A model generated the notes under the pieces. That model saw only the letters and a program-made list of their open reading frames with translations, made no database searches and was not told the DNA's origin. 64,000 nt of DNA from Nitrosopumilus sp. (lineage in GTDB: Archaea; Thermoproteota; Nitrososphaeria; Nitrososphaerales; Nitrosopumilaceae), in contig OZ244732.1 in the NCBI GenBank assembly GCA_965219345.1, positions 1,472,001-1,536,000 on the forward strand, written 5' to 3'. The position numbers and the translations under genes are program-made. Position 1 is the stretch's first letter, and every line of letters starts with the position of its first letter. Shown in pieces: positions 62,623 to 64,000 of this stretch.

Positions 62623-63950
62623 TTGTCTGAAAACTCTGTTTTGAAAAAACTTTTTGAACCCAGTGACATTGTAATTTTGGTCTATTTTAGAATACTTTTT
62701 GGTGCTGTTATGCTTTGGGAAGTTTTTCGTTATTTTGATCATGGTTGGATTTCTAAATATTGGATAGATCCTGTGTTTAATTTTACATATTACGGGTTTG
62801 ACTGGTTAGAACCATGGCCTGGAGATGGAATGTATTTTCATTTCATTGTAATGGGGATTCTTTCGGTCTGTATTATGGTTGGATTCAAGTACCGAATCTC
62901 AACCATATTGTTTTTCTTTGCATTTTCATACATGTTTCTTTTAGAACAATCAAGATATCTCAATCACTTTTATTTGATTAGTCTTGTGAGCTTTATTCTA
63001 ATTTTTGTTCCTGCACACAAAGCATTTTCGATTGATTCTTGGTGGAATAAGAAACTCCGGACTGATTTTGTTCCTGCTTGGTCTCTGGCTTTTACGAATT
63101 ATAGTTGGCGTACCATATTTTTTTGGTGGTATTGCAAAAATTAATGAAGATTGGCTTAGTGGGAGGCCTTTAGACTCTTGGTTAGCAGAAAGAGCAGACA
63201 CATTTCCTATTCTTGGACAATTTTTCACAGAGACGTGGTTTGTTTACTTTTTTGCTTATAGTGGATTTTTACTTGATTTACTTGCTGTGCCATTTTTGCT
63301 GTAGAGACGCTCGAGAATCTTTGCATATGGAATTTTGGTAGCATTTCATGTTCTAAATGCACAACTATTCTCAATTGGAATATTCCCTTGGTTTATGATC
63401 TTTGCAACTTTGATCTTCTTTGAACCTAGCTGGCCACGAATTATCAAAAAATTCAAAGTAACAAAAAAACCTCAAACCAAAATCACATCTTTAACAAAAA
63501 ATCAGAAAATTGTTTTATCCTTGTTTTTGATTTTCATAATTTTTCAAATCGCAATGCTTCTAAGACACTATGCTTATCCTGGGAATGTGAGTTGGACTGA
63601 AGAAGGACATAATTTTTCCTGGCACATGAAGCTTCGTGATAAAGATACTTTACATATTGAATTTTTTGCAATATCTCCTAAAACTGGAAGTCTGGGATAT
63701 AGATCCTTATGATGATTTAACAGATAGGCAAGTCTCAAAAATGCCAACAAGACCAGATATGATTCTTTAGTATGGCCATTTTTTGGCAGAAAATTTTAGA
63801 GAAGATGGTTATGATGATATAGAAATTACTGTGGATGTCTTCTTCTCTCTTAATGGTAGAGATTTCCAAAGATTGATTGATCCTGATGTTAATCTTGCAA
63901 AAGAACCAGTTACAATTTTGCCAAAGTCATGGATAGTGCCATTAGATTGA
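62623..63950 (+). pseudogene. HTTM-domain / vitamin K-dependent gamma-carboxylase-like protein, fragmented
   Basis: YFRILFG, YLNHFYL, YFFGGIAKINEDWL.G, FSIGIFPW, WTEEGHNFSWHMKLR split over three or more frames with stops. Confidence 0.85.
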
Positions 63951-64000
63951 ATCAATTGATTTTGATTTTCCTACTATGTGCTAAAAGACTGGCGGATCTT

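Overview
AT-rich archaeal DNA whose housekeeping genes (PolB N-terminus, Hef helicase, parvulin, Alba, rpoK, rps25e, rps26e, deoxyhypusine synthase, archaeal thrS, agmatinase, pyrG, trpEGDCBA) look like those of a Nitrosopumilaceae thaumarchaeote. A serpin, a giant adhesin, many IS elements and many pseudogenes suggest a host-associated lineage (inference). Two accessory regions interrupt the backbone: ~10.0-38.9 kb and ~44.4-51.1 kb. The most notable signal is five dispersed repeat-spacer-repeat units. In each, a unique 35-38 bp insert sits between two copies of 30-37 bp of local sequence, and the duplicated sequence differs at every site. Removing one insert plus one copy restores the reading frame in two genes and matches an uninterrupted paralogous copy in a third case. 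This is the expected footprint of Cas1-type spacer integration outside a CRISPR array; no cas1/cas2 or true array is visible in the window. Also present: a 5.1 kb IS6-like cargo transposon with 181 bp TIRs and an 8 bp TSD carrying a three-gene candidate toxin/defence operon; a ~19 kb block bounded by related inverted repeats carrying the serpin and a 4,746 aa beta-propeller/Ig-like adhesin; and substitutions in conserved TrpD and TrpE motifs. All calls are by eye, with no database searches.
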